A DNA stretch of 63,978 bases, from NCBI RefSeq assembly GCF_001194135.2, contig NC_068987.1, positions 107,897,471 to 107,961,448 on the forward strand, written 5' to 3'. This DNA is from Octopus bimaculoides. Taxonomy: Eukaryota. Position numbers and translations under genes: made by a program. The notes beneath the pieces were generated by a model. That model worked only from the letters and a program-made list of their open reading frames with translations. It searched no databases and was not told the origin of the DNA. Shown here one piece after another: positions 41,149-53,798 of the stretch (the stretch's first letter is position 1; each line of letters opens with the position of its first letter).

Positions 41149-42796
41149 TTGAGTGCAATATCTACAAAATAAATGTTTGATGTTTTGTCTTCTGTCACAA
41201 GTAATTTGATGTGTTTGTGATCTAGGCTTATGCCTCACCAAACATTGCTAAAGTAAATAACTAATAGAAATGGGTAATGTAAATCAGACATATAAACTGG
41301 TGCCTATACTGAAATAAATTCCTAGTTATATGAATTTAAGAGGAGAGACTCTATGAAGCCGACCTGCATCGGATACGACTTTATTAAGATAAATAGCATT
41401 CAGTTCTGCTCCTTGCTTAATCCGATTAAAAGACAATTTTATACTCTCAACTAATGTCTTTTAGTTGCTGGGTTCCTGAGTAACCAGCAGTGAACTTTCG
41501 GTGACCCTCCAACACTGGTGTATTTGATGTTATTAATGCCATCCAGCGTTTCCAGAAAAGGCACGAGCAAGAATGCACCTAGATATTGTCGACTGGTTGT
41601 TGTAATTGGGGCGGGACTGAGTGTGGATGGATATACAACCACGGTGATGAGAATAGGAAAAACAACATAATAAGCGGAAGACACCATAGTAGAGAGTAGT
41701 GTTACTGCTACAGTTGTTGTTTCTGCTGGTCTGGTTATTGTTTTCGTTGATGACATAGCTTTGTCCATCGGAAAACCTCCACGTATTACGGGAAACCACG
41801 TACCACTTGGAAACCTCCATAATTTGGTAAAAGTTGCCAACAGTTATCATGAAAGACACGTTGGATGATATCAAATGGTTAAGTAATTCACATCACAAAC
41901 ACGTGCCGCTGAGTTCCATCCTATACAAAGCACTGCTATAAAATCTCCTTTGCATCCGTTGGGACTTTCTTAGCATCTCATGTGGAGGAGGAATTGTTTT
42001 AGCCCCAGGGCAGCCGTGTTTGAGGCAGACCTATTATCAATGTCATTCAAGCATTCACCATCCATTATTTCTAAATCTATAGCAATATGATCTAATGTAA
42101 GCATTTTAAGCTATTGTACTATGAAATGCTTGTGAACTGCTTATGGGCCGCATATGAGCCACAAATTTCCTTTTTCAGACAGGGTACTTTCGAAACCCTA
42201 CGATATTTTAATATCGCAAACGAAATCATGTTACTTCTTTGACTGCAAAATCAATCGTGCGTTCGTCCATCTTTATTTCAGAACACTTGTAATACATGTT
42301 TATAGTTCTAATCATGCATACGTTTGTGTGTGGCTGTTTGTGAGTGTATTTGTGAGTATATGTTTCTCTGTGTGTATGGGGAGGGGTGTGGATGTGAGTG
42401 TGCATGTGCGTGTGCGCATGTGTGCGTGTGTGCGTGTATGCGCGCGTGTGTGTTATAACCATTGACCGAGATTGAAATTTCATGTTTCCTCTCTCGAGAT
42501 TTATTCGTTCTGCCATCCTCGAACGGCGACGACTATAAAATGACTAACTTATTCTCACTTCCTAATTATAATAAATTTGACTTACTCAAAATTGAATTTT
42601 ACTATTTGTCACTTAACAGTCGTAAAACACGCACAGATAATCGCGCGTACACACACACGTGCACACACACTCACACACAAACGCATCTGTATGTGTTTGT
42701 CTTTATATGTATGTTTCACCGATCCATTTCTATGTGTGAAGAATATCAAAATCTTCAAGGCACGAAAGAGGTCATTTACAATATTTGCCTGAGACT

Positions 42797-43220
42797 AAGG
42801 CGGCGAACTGGCAGAATCGTTAGCACGCCGGGCGAAATGCTTAGCATTATTTCGTCTGCCGTTACGTTCTGAGATCAAATTCCGCTGAGGTCGAATTTGC
42901 CTTTCATCTTTTCGGGGTCGATTAAATAAGTATCAGTTACGCACTGGAGACGATATAATCGACTTAATCCCTTTGTCTGTCCTTGTTTGTCCCCTCTGTG
43001 CGTAGCCCCTTGTGGGCAATAAAGAAATAAGGAACGTTAGAACGCCGGGTGAAATTCTTGGCGGCATTTTTTTACGCTCTAAGTTCAAATTCCACCGAGG
43101 TCAACTTTGCCTTTCATCCTTTCGAGGTCGATAAATTAAGTACCAGTTGCGTACTGCGGTCGATGTAATCGACTGGTTCCCTCTTCCAAAATTTCAGGCC
43201 TTGTCCCTAGAGTAGAAAAT
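42797..43220 (+). mobile_element. SINE family B dimer bounded by a single 17-bp TSD
   Basis: aatatttgcctgagact (42780-42796) and aatatttgcttgagact (43221-43237) flank monomer 1 (aaggcggcgaactggcagaatcgttagc...gggcaataaagaaataagg) plus monomer 2 (acgttagaacgccggg...cctagagtagaaaat). Confidence 0.9.
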
Positions 43221-43574
43221 AATATTTGCTTGAGACTGAATAGCGAACGATCAATTGGCCTGCTGGTTGTCAGAAATTCATTAAACCAGCTATTTGTCTG
43301 TTGTAATACTGAAACCAATGATAATATCATTTGTAAATTGGGATTTCGAATTGGCAAACAAATGAAGAAAGAATTAATATGTGATATGTCTCAGCCCACA
43401 AGTTAATAGGAAAACCAGTTCCTGAATGTATTTATCTGTATTGTTTAACTGCAATTAATATAAATTAATGCAAAGTTTGATTATATTTTTTATATCCATT
43501 GTTTCTGAATTTTTTTCAGCAGCTACTTCAAATTAATGTGTTAATAGAACGCTATTTTTAATTCAGGCATCAGA

Positions 43575-44020
43575 AAGACGGCGAGTTAGTTCAATCGTTA
43601 GCGATTCGATCAAAATGCTTAGGGATATTTCCTCTGGAATTACGCTTTGAGTTCAAATACCACCGAGATCAACTAAGGATCGATAAAGCAAGTAAAAGTT
43701 GGGCTTCGGGGTCGATGTAATAGACTTGCCCAGTCCCCGCAAAAGTTGCTGCTTCTGAGCCAAAATTTGAAATCATTATTTCCGGTGTCCGTAAAGACGG
43801 CGATGTCGCAGAATCGTTTGCCAGTTGGACAGAACGACGAGCGATATTTATTCCGACTTTTTACTCTTTGAGTTCAAATTTCGACGTGGATAGCTTTGAC
43901 TTTCATCCTTTCGGGGTTGATAAAGTAAGTACCTGTTGAGCACTGGGGTTGATGAAATTGACCAAACTTACCCTCTAGCAAAATTTAGGTTCTTGTGACA
44001 GTAGGAGAAAAGATTATTTC
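43575..44020 (+). mobile_element. Two further diverged family B monomers in tandem
   Basis: Heads aagacggcgagttagttcaatcgttagc (about 43575) and aagacggcgatgtcgcagaatcgtt (about 43794). Both contain gagttcaaat and ggggtcgat/ggggttgat blocks. Confidence 0.7.
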
Positions 44021-44679
44021 TCGGCTTCGTGAACTCATTCTCATTATTCTGGAAATGCTTATCTGTTTTAGCGATATATTCAGTATCTTAAGCCGTAGAT
44101 ATATGTCATCCCTCACAGTGATAGTGATGACTGCTACCACGAAAAGCAATAGCGATAGCAATTCTCCTTGAAATATTCCCTCCCTGGATTTTCACATTTA
44201 TGAACAACTGACTTCAGCCCAACTCAAAATGTCCTCGTTTTTTCTTATATAAAAGGAAAGAAACCAATAGATAAATAAAAATAAATAAATAAATAAAGTG
44301 CTAGTCTCTTAGTTGAAACAAGCGTCTTAGCGATTCCAAAAGTGAAAAGAGCGCTTCATTATCCCTTGTTGTTGTCTATCCTACAAAAATCTAAGTTAAC
44401 ATTTCTTACCCGTATTTTGTTTCATTCGACCTATATACAAATAAGGCGCCAGATTCCATTCATTTCTTTCTCTGTCCTGTTTGCATTTCTAGAAACAGTC
44501 TCTCCGTTTCCAGAAAGGTATACCATTCTCCTGCTAGGAAACCAGTTACTATTTTATAAACCAACAACGAAAATGCAACAAGCCTACAATTACTGATTTC
44601 TTTCTTGGCTCAGTATTTCTTTGTTAACTTCCTCCTTCCTTTCGACTTGTTTTTCGATGCTCCAATTTCTATACAATTA

Positions 44680-45830
44680 GACTAAATCCGTTGCATGCGC
44701 ATGCGCATGCCTATGACAATTCTAAATACGACCCCTTTTACCTCATCCGGTTCAAGAGCTTCTCATTTTGTTATCTTTTAAAATCATTCTCCTTCAATAA
44801 TATTCACTAACCTTGAACTATTTTTCTATTCACTTTTAAACTGCAACAATCATTCTTTTTCACTGCTTTTGACGGACCACCTTACTTCATCGATATTTAA
44901 TTCTTCTGAAATTTATTCCCTATGTTAAACTATTGGGAAATGTCCGTTCTATGTTTCTGAGGAACTCGTTATGTTGATACTATTCTATTCTTTGTTGATA
45001 TCCGGTATTTTTTACTCGATCTTCCTTTCATTATTTTTTGTCTTACCGCTTATTTAGCTACTCGAATTGCTATATGTTTGATGCTGTGTTTTCTTCAAAG
45101 CTCGTCTTTATGTCTTTCCTTCAACCTCGTCTTTTTAATTATAGTATTTATTCCCCGAGGATCTTTATTGAGATCTCAGTTTGATTCTCTAATCTCCTCT
45201 TCCACCAGAGGTCTTTGGCCATTTTTTCTGTTCTACTATTAACTTCTAATGCTTTACAGTAACAGGTGCACAGTATATCAGGTCATTTACATCTATTATA
45301 TTCACACCTTTGATTTCTGCTAATAATTTATCCAATTTCTTTACTGCCTTTCATACCTTTGCTCCTTTCATTTCCTCTCAAAGTTGATAATCTTCTGTCC
45401 CTATTTCTTATTTCATTCAAACGTTGAAATATAATCCTTTTTTCACTGTTCCCATATCTTTTCCTTCTGTGAAGTAAAACGTATTTTGACTCCCACTCTT
45501 CTCTTCTCCTGGTGATTCATTGATCTTCTCGCCATTTCTTTTTTAATTTCCTCTCCTCTAACTAGTCTTTCCATCTCCAACTAAGATAGTCAGTCGTTTC
45601 TCTCTATTTTATAGTTTCTATCCAGAAGTTTTTATTCTGTAGCTAAGAAAATGTCACTCTATCGAAATCAAACGCATTCTTCTTTTGCCACTTCCATAGT
45701 AAAGTTCTATGATGATTCTTGTGTTATTCTGTGACCATATTCTTCTAATAGTTTCAGCGATATCTGGATGACATCTAGGCCTATTCTGCACTTCAAATAA
45801 ACGCATGCTATGCGCGAAACTCACACATGG
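44680..45830 (-). mobile_element. Decayed N-terminal/pre-RT fragment of an R4/Dong-like RLE retrotransposon
   Basis: Minus-strand patches with stops and frameshifts: RRIWSQNNTRIIIELYY (cf. W..EEN..IM.CYY); RRLSTLRG...VKKLDKLLAEI..NI.DVNDLIYCA (cf. LPALRG...N.I..NITE.NDLIYA); a WWKRRLE-like segment (tggtggaagaggagattagag); ALEPDEVKG (cf. KAPGPDGVQG, start of RT). Confidence 0.65.
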
Positions 45831-47059
45831 TTAGGTAGTTTCATTAATGCGTTTGTGAAATAAGTTTATCTGCTATCAAGCTCATAACAAGACTTGTGGG
45901 GTTCAGGTGGCACAACTATTGTTATTTCTATCGAGACATCTTCTCCAGAAAAAAAAAATCAGTCAGTGCTTTACATGGAGGAAACTTGGACAGAAATTGC
46001 TAATATTTTATAACTGAACTCGAGAAGCGAACTCATTTTAACCATTTCTTCCATCTGAACTCAACAACTCGTTTCAGTCGTACTCATACAGAGCTTATTA
46101 ACTTTATAGACTTATAGACTTATAATAATCTAAGCAGTATATTAGAGGTACAGAATGAAATACTGTTGCTTTGCTAGCGATTAATTACACACACATATAT
46201 ACACTGTTGCATGTATACGTGTGCATGTGTAATGTATGCATGTATGCATATATGTATGTGTGTGTATATATGTGCGTGTGTATGTGTGTGTGTGTGTGTG
46301 AGTGTACGCTTATGTTTGTATATAAAATGTACTCAATACGTGTTGCAAAGATTATTCATTAAAATCTAACGCTTCACTTCGTTGCTTTCTTTGAGTTTTC
46401 CGTTCTTCACGAACGGTGATACATGTTTCATATGTTAGCACAATATATATGTGAGTGACTGCGAGAGAGAGAGAGAGAGAGAGAGAGTGTGTGTGTGTGT
46501 ATGTGAGTGTGTGTGTGTGTGTGGTGGGAGCGGGGGTGTACATATAAATGCATGGGTAGAGACACACACTGAAATATGCATACACGAATATGTGCGTCTG
46601 AGAGGGAGAGAGAGGGAAAGGAAGAGATGGATATGAGTGAGAAAAAGACGTGGAGAGAAAAGCTAGCCATATTGACAGAGAGAGAGAGAGAGAGAAAGAA
46701 AATAATGGCGTAAAAATTACTTTGGAAAGAACTATCAAGAACATTTTTTAAAATCTTTTTAAATATAAACATATATGATGGATCGCTTTTAGAATTCACC
46801 TCTTTATATATGTTTTTCCAGGAGAATTAACTCTAAAGTACATTATAGCGCAAACATGTTTAACTTAGTCTGAAATTGAAGATTCTTTTTTTCACTCTCT
46901 CTCGCTTCGTTGATTAAACACGACGACGGAGATTGAAATAACTATATTCCTGAAGTTTGTTTTCTCTTTTTTCTTGTATTAAAATGCAGCCAGCCGTTTC
47001 TTATAATAAACAGCATAATTAATGGAATTCCATTTGTCGGTATCATTACTGCCAGCACC

Positions 47060-47236
47060 AATACCATTATTAGAACAACATCAACAGTAGTCGTCACCAC
47101 TACTACCAGAACCAGAACCGGAACCGGAACCAGCAGCAGCAGCAGCAACAGCGGCAGCAGCAACAGCAGCATTGAAACATATTCGCCAGCGTCATCCTGT
47201 ACCGTCGTTGTCCGTTTTGTCGTCGATTCCATTAAA

Positions 47237-47272
<36 letters not shown>

Positions 47273-47740
47273 GTCGTCGTCGTCGTCGTCATCGTCGTCA
47301 TAGTCATCATCATTATCACCAATAACAACAACAAAACATTGCACACCTCAGCATCAATTTCGTCATTTTCATCGCCGTCTCCATCTCTGTTAGAGCCATC
47401 ATCATCGTCATCGTCATCGCCGTCGTAGTCGTCGTCGTCGTTATAATCATCATCATCACCGACATCGTCGCCGTCATCGTCATCTTCGTCGCCGTCATCG
47501 TTATCATGATCATCATCGTCGTCGTCGTCGTCGTCGTCGCAATCTTCAACAAAATCACCATCACCATCATCATCAACGTCTTTAACACCATAACTCCATC
47601 CTTCAATGTCGTCGGCTTCGCTGTGGTCGTTCTCATCGTCATCATCATATTCCTCAATACAATCGCCATCATCATCATCGACAACATCTTCAGCCTCATC
47701 AGCGTCGGCTTCGTTGTCGCCATCATCATCATCATTAAGA
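47060..47740. repeat. Long cryptic trinucleotide tract (CAT/CGT/CAG/CAC)
   Basis: Seen directly; GC-richer than its flanks. Confidence 0.9.
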
Positions 47741-48149
47741 TTTAATCAATGATTTTTAATTGCTTACTTTCGTAATGGGTTTATTTTTTTCGATTCAATG
47801 CACTCATCGGATAAATATACAACAAAAGAAAAAAGAAAAGTAGGAAAAAACTTTCTACTGCAGTTTTAACTTTCTAACGATTCCTTAACTACATGTTTGA
47901 GGGAGGGCAACCCAGAGGGAGCAATATATTGTTAGTTAAATACAAAAACGGTAACTTCTCGTATGTAATATCGAGAGCGAGCTGAAAATTTAAATCATCG
48001 ATGTAATTAATAGAGAAGACTGCCCTCTGTGAGGATTTAACATAGGGAAACCGTAAGTAAGGGAGTTAATTTAAGTAAGCGCGGATAACGAAAACTACAT
48101 CATTCTGGTAATTTCTATCTGCCTTTATTTTTTGATCATTTGTATCTTA

Positions 48150-48470
48150 CTTACTTCACTTCTTCAAATGCAGCCGTACCGGAGAGCGGTCATGAACGGT
48201 TTTGTCGAACAGACTGATCCCGTTATTATTTTTAAAGTCTGCTTCTTATTCTATCAGCGCCTTTGGTCGAATCGCTAATTTACGGGGTCGTAAACAAACC
48301 AACAGCAGCTATCAATCAGTCGGTCAAACACACAGTCATTCACGCGCGCGCGCACACAGTGTTCACATAGTTCCCGTCTATATGATTAATTCACAAGACA
48401 ACTGTCGCCTCAGACCTGCATCAGAAACACTTGTCGAAACTATCGCGAAATGGGACTAAACTCACACCCA
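48150..48470 (-). mobile_element. SINE family C, diverged
   Basis: ctaatttacggggtcgtaaacaaaccaacagc and cttattctatc blocks match 52590-52760. Confidence 0.5.
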
Positions 48471-48987
48471 TGAGCTTGCAACAAATTAAGATATACTCTG
48501 ATGAACAGTTCTTTAGTGATGGAAGCATCAGTGTTGTGTTCAATATTTGTTACTAGGCAGCAGTCTGAGATCGGATTCTGTCCGTAGCTTTGAAATTAAA
48601 AGAAAACCCCGAGACTTCTTGGGTTGCTATTGACGATCAAGACTACCGATTGGTGAGCAAATATCTGGAACCCATACTACCTGAGAATAGCAGAATACTG
48701 ACCCTAGAATTTGTTGCCACTTATGGCCCACTGTGTGTGTGTATGAGTATATCTGTGGATCTATCTGTGTGCATGTGCATGCAAATACAAACGCACAGGC
48801 TTTTATATAGCGGTACACATTCTTTCAACCACATTCATAAGGTTGAAGGACTTCTATGCAGATTTACGTATATCGGGATATATATTATAAAACATCCCCT
48901 AGGAATATATACCATATTAACATATCTACAGCCATGTATGAACAAACGTGAGAAGAAACATTTGCATATGTTATTGAATTTTCCTCC

Positions 48988-49095
<108 letters not shown>

Positions 49096-49204
49096 CACAG
49101 AGACAGAGAGAGACGTGTGTGTGTGTGAGTGTGTGGATTCGAGTGTGTGTGTGTTTGTATATTTATGTATAAGTATGTATATATATGTATATATGTACAT
49201 ATTT

Positions 49205-49714
49205 AATAAATGAGAAATGCATTCAATATTTAAAAAAAAACCGTACACATAGGACAGACACAGAAGAGCCACAATTCTTCATCAGTTATCGACCGAAATA
49301 CTAATACACAGTTTCATGCTTTTAACGATAAGATNNNNNNNNNNNNNNNNNNNNNNNNNNNNNNNNNNNNNNNNNNNNNNNNNNNNNNNNNNNNNNNNNN
49401 NNNNNNNNNNNNNNNNNNTTCATCAGTTATCGACCGAAATACTAATACACAGTTTCATGCTTTTAACGATAAGATTGGGAACTTCGTATATTCGAGGCAC
49501 CCGCAAAATGTGCGGAAAATTAGGGCTCGACCGAACAAAACGGTAGAGGGCGGACGTACGAAAGTAAACAAATGTACGCCGATATGCGAAGCTATCAGTT
49601 AGAGGTATAAAACTGTGTATTAGTGTTTCGGTCGATAACTGGTGAAGAATTAGGGTCCTTCTGTGTCTATCCTATGTGTACGTTTTTCAGTATTTAATGC
49701 ATTTTTCATTTATT
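49205..49714. mobile_element. Fold-back structure: roughly 125-bp inverted arms around a short unique core
   Basis: The reverse complement of 49205-49334 aligns to 49589-49714 (aaactgtgtattagt(a/g)tttcggtcgataactg(a/g)tgaagaatt...cttctgtgtct(g/a)tcctatgtgtacg...aatgcattt(c/t)tcatttatt). Part of the left arm is duplicated across gap 49335-49418. Confidence 0.75.
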
Positions 49715-50189
49715 GAGCAACTGGGGGCCATGCATCTCGACTTTTACATACATACATGCATACATATATACACACATATAAATATATATATTTATATATA
49801 TATGTATGTATATGTATGCGTATACATGTACGTATGTTTATACATATATATAATATATGCACATACATATATGCATACATAGATACATTTATGTATATGC
49901 CCATACATTTACATAATCATATATTCACGCGCCTACACGCATAAACACAGACATACACACACACACAGCCTCACACAGACATATATGCAGGCAAACGCAC
50001 ACATTGTATACACATGCTCGCCAACAAGGCACGTATATTTACAAACGAGACTACCCACCATGAATTTTCTTTAGTGCTGAAGAACGACAGAGATAACATA
50101 CGAATCAGATTCCAACTAATGGAGTAAAGCGTAAATCTATATTTGTCGATTTGGATCATGATTGTCGCGATAGTATGACTTACTGAATA

Positions 50190-50470
50190 CACATGCTTAC
50201 TAGACTATAATCCTAATGGCTGAATATTCCACATAGACTTGTATACTTATCGCTTACACATCAATCAGTGTAACAGATATATGACTAAATCAGTCGTTTC
50301 AAATTTTACACTACTCAATCCGATAGGCTTACGGAATTTCCTATTACCAACTTTCAGCAATGAAGCTTCAGTTAGCCATAAGCTATTACAAAAACATCTG
50401 TCAAAAATACCACATAGTGGGATCGAACCAGCAATCTCAACATGATTTTGAAGCGAAATTCGTAACAATT
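50190..50470 (-). mobile_element. Old SINE relic (CORE-like head, family A-like tail)
   Basis: atggctgaatattccaca..tgtatactta resembles gtggctgagtactcc..cgtgtaccctta of family A; accacatagtgggatcgaacc resembles the family C head. Confidence 0.45.
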
Positions 50471-51065
50471 TGTCCTTGCCGTGAATCGCATATGCCTTTA
50501 CACACAAAGAATTCGTACACATTTCTATCCGCATATACGTTAAATAAATGCATACGCATAAACGCACACTTACTCAACACACACACACACAGTTTAATCC
50601 CGTGTGATAAGAAAATTTGGCATTTTGGTCGTTACATTTCCCCAACTGTGACGAGGTATTTTGTTCCCATGATGCAATGGTTTGTCGATATTTCCAGATA
50701 ACAACTCAGGTTACCAAAGCAATGCCAATTTATTTTTCTTTATAGCAGACATGAGTGCGTGTGTGTGTGCATACGTAGGCTAATATATATATNNNNNNNN
50801 NNNNNNNNNNNNNNNNNNNNNNNNNNNNNNNNNNNNNNNNNNNNNNNNNNNNNNNNNNNNNNNNNNNNNNNNNNNNNNNNNNNNNNNNNNNNNNNNNNNN
50901 NNNNNNNNNNNNNNNNNNNNNNNNNNNNNNNNNNNNNNNNNNNNNNNNNNNNNNNNNNNNNNNNNNNNNNNNNNNNNNNNNNNNNNNNNNNNNNNNNNNN
51001 NNNNNNNNNNNNNNNNNNNNNNNNNNNNNNNNNNNNNNNNNNNNNNNNNNNNNNNNNNNNNNNNN

Positions 51066-51099
<34 letters not shown>

Positions 51100-51267
51100 C
51101 CTAGATACACAAGCATACACATAGAAAGATATATTAAATAATACACATCTACATCCACTGGGGGCAAGTTAGTCTATGCAATTATTTTCGTTGGTGTTTT
51201 GTCTAACGTTGGAGAACGTTGCTTATCAATCAGGGAACGCTTCAGAAAAAAATAATACAATAAAGTA

Positions 51268-51340
<73 letters not shown>

Positions 51341-52584
51341 TGAAGATGATGATGATAATGATGATAATGATGATATGCTAGAAAAAACAATACAGCAAAT
51401 ATAAACGAAATATACACCCTAAACATTTTCATTTGCTGTCATGTGGTAGACAAGCTGGAGGCTCTGTTGATATGTTTTGTTGTTGTTATTCTCCGTGATG
51501 GTGGTCTTGACTGCCGTGGTGATGGTGTTGGTGTTGGTGTTGGTAGTGGCACAAGTAATATGCGTCTACGGTGTTGCTTCTATTGCTAGTGTTGTTGTTG
51601 TTGTTGTTGTTGGTATTGATGTTGTGTTGGCACCACACCCATTCAGAGGAACGGCCCTGGAGCAAGAACTGTGTGGGTTGGTAGCTGGGATAATCAAAAT
51701 CGTGTTGAGCTGAATACAAGTGTTAGGTACACAACAGGTTCAATGAAAACAATGTGTCAATGATTATATATATATATGTATATATATATANNNNNNNNNN
51801 NNNNNNNNNNNNNNNNNNNNNNNNNNNNNNNNNNNNNNNNNNNNNNNNNNNNNNNNNNNNNNNNNNNNNNNNNNNNNNNNNNNNNNNNNNNNNNNNNNNN
51901 NNNNNNNNNNNNNNNNNNNNNNNNNNNNNNNNNNNNNNNNNNNNNNNNNNNNNNNNNNNNNNNNNNNNNNNNNNNNNNNNNNNNNNNNNNNNNNNNNNNN
52001 NNNNNNNNNNNNNNNNNNNNNNNNNNNNNNNNNNNNNNNNNNNNNNNNNNNNNNNNNNNNNNNNNNNATATATATGCATATATGTATGTATACATACGCG
52101 CGCGCCTCTGTACATATTATCGAATTGTCGATATATGTAAATGTTAATATGCTCACACAAAAATGAACACACTCATCTGCACACTAATATAAGTGTGTTT
52201 ATGCGCACGTGTGTGTTTATAGAAGCATACACGCATGCACTCAGACATGGATATATGTTAAAACTATAAAAGAAACCATTTCTGGAATGGCTATAAATCA
52301 ATGTTGTTCTTATAAAATATAATGAGGTGAGACTATTAATACTGAAGTTACATTATTGTCTGTAGACAATTGGAAAGATACGTAAATATAAATATACAAT
52401 GAATAGCAAAAAGGATATTAATCAATGTCTAACAATTCCAGCATTTTATTGGAAAGTATAACCGAAGATCCTAAAGTATTTGTCTTATTCTGACCTCATC
52501 AGAAAGAAATAGTCTAACTGTGGACATATTGATTTAAGTATAATCGAAGTAATGATAAAATATTTGTATTCTTTTATTAATTTA

Positions 52585-52970
52585 TATTTTAGTCATTTTA
52601 CTGCGGCCATGCTGTGGCACCATCTTTAGTCGAACAAATCGACCCCAGGACTCATACTTTGTAAGCCTAGTACTTATTCTAGAGGTGTTTTCTGCCGAGG
52701 TGCTAAGTTACAGGGACGTAAACACACCAGCAGCGGTTGTCAAGCGATGGTGGCAGGACAAACACAGACGCACAAATGAATACACACATATATATATTCA
52801 TTTATTGATATAACAGCCTTCTTTCAGTTTCCCACTACCAAATCCACTTACAAGGCTTTGATCGGCTCGAAGCTTCAGTAGAAGACAGTTTCCCAAGGTG
52901 CCTCGCAGTGGGATTGAACCCGGAACAATACGGTTGGAAAATAAGCGTCTTACAACACGGCCACTCCTGT
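52585..52970 (-). mobile_element. SINE family C, near full length with internal (TA/TG) spacer
   Basis: Minus strand gtggccgtgttgtaag...gttccgggttcaatcccactgcgaggcaccttgggaaactgtcttctac (tRNA-like plus CORE-like); 3' part ends ...ccacagcatggccgcagtaaaatgactaaaa. Confidence 0.8.
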
Positions 52971-53273
52971 GAATGCATGAAAAAAAAAGAAACCATATTT
53001 AATTCGTTGTTAATTTGACTCACAGCTGGTTTAAAACTACTCCCTGGTCATTGGCTGCATTCAGCCTACATCCAATTTTAGACAAGTATTTGGGGTTGGC
53101 TTTCGGTCTGAGATCTTCGTTTCTTCCTCCCATCATCCATTTCGAGGACCTTAAAGATCTCATTAGTCATCATTTTCCCCTGTGTTATAAGAAAATGTTG
53201 GAAAATATATTTGAAACAAATTATCATCGGCAATACTGATGATTGTCAATGCCAAACAGTTTTTTGTTTGTAT

Positions 53274-53430
53274 GGGGGCGGCGACCTAGCAGAATCTTTA
53301 ACACATCGTACAAAAACCAAAGCGGCATTCTTTGGGGGGCTTTACGATTTGAATTGAAATTTTGCAGAGGTTGACTTTGCCTTTCATTACTTCGGGATCC
53401 GTTTGAAGAGTGGGGCAGATGCAATTGACT
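53274..53430 (+). mobile_element. SINE family B, diverged
   Basis: gggcggcgacctagcagaatc...gaggttgactttgcctttcat. Confidence 0.65.
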
Positions 53431-53758
53431 GATATTAGGTTCATAGTAGAAAGGAGAAATTACTTTCTAATTTTCGGAACTGAGCGTACTTTCAGAACAG
53501 AAAATTCGTTCAACAATACCCTGCATACTTCAGTCTTTATACCAATGCTTGACCGAATCATAGCATCCAGTCTACTTACTCAGGAAATGATGACGAAATC
53601 ACGAAGTAAATTTCAAGCCCAACTGAATTGGAAGACGCCATTCGCCTGATAAACAATGTTTTATTTAGAGTTGATACAATATATGAAGAATTTTAAATGA
53701 GTATAACAACTTTACATTAATTAATATTCAAAATATAGTGCACATAGGTTTATTACAG

Positions 53759-53798
<40 letters not shown>

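Noticed and set aside
49277-49474. 57-bp direct repeat on both sides of gap 49335-49418
   Set aside because: Identical sequence flanking a short gap is most simply an unmerged contig overlap; it cannot be counted as a real tandem copy without reads.
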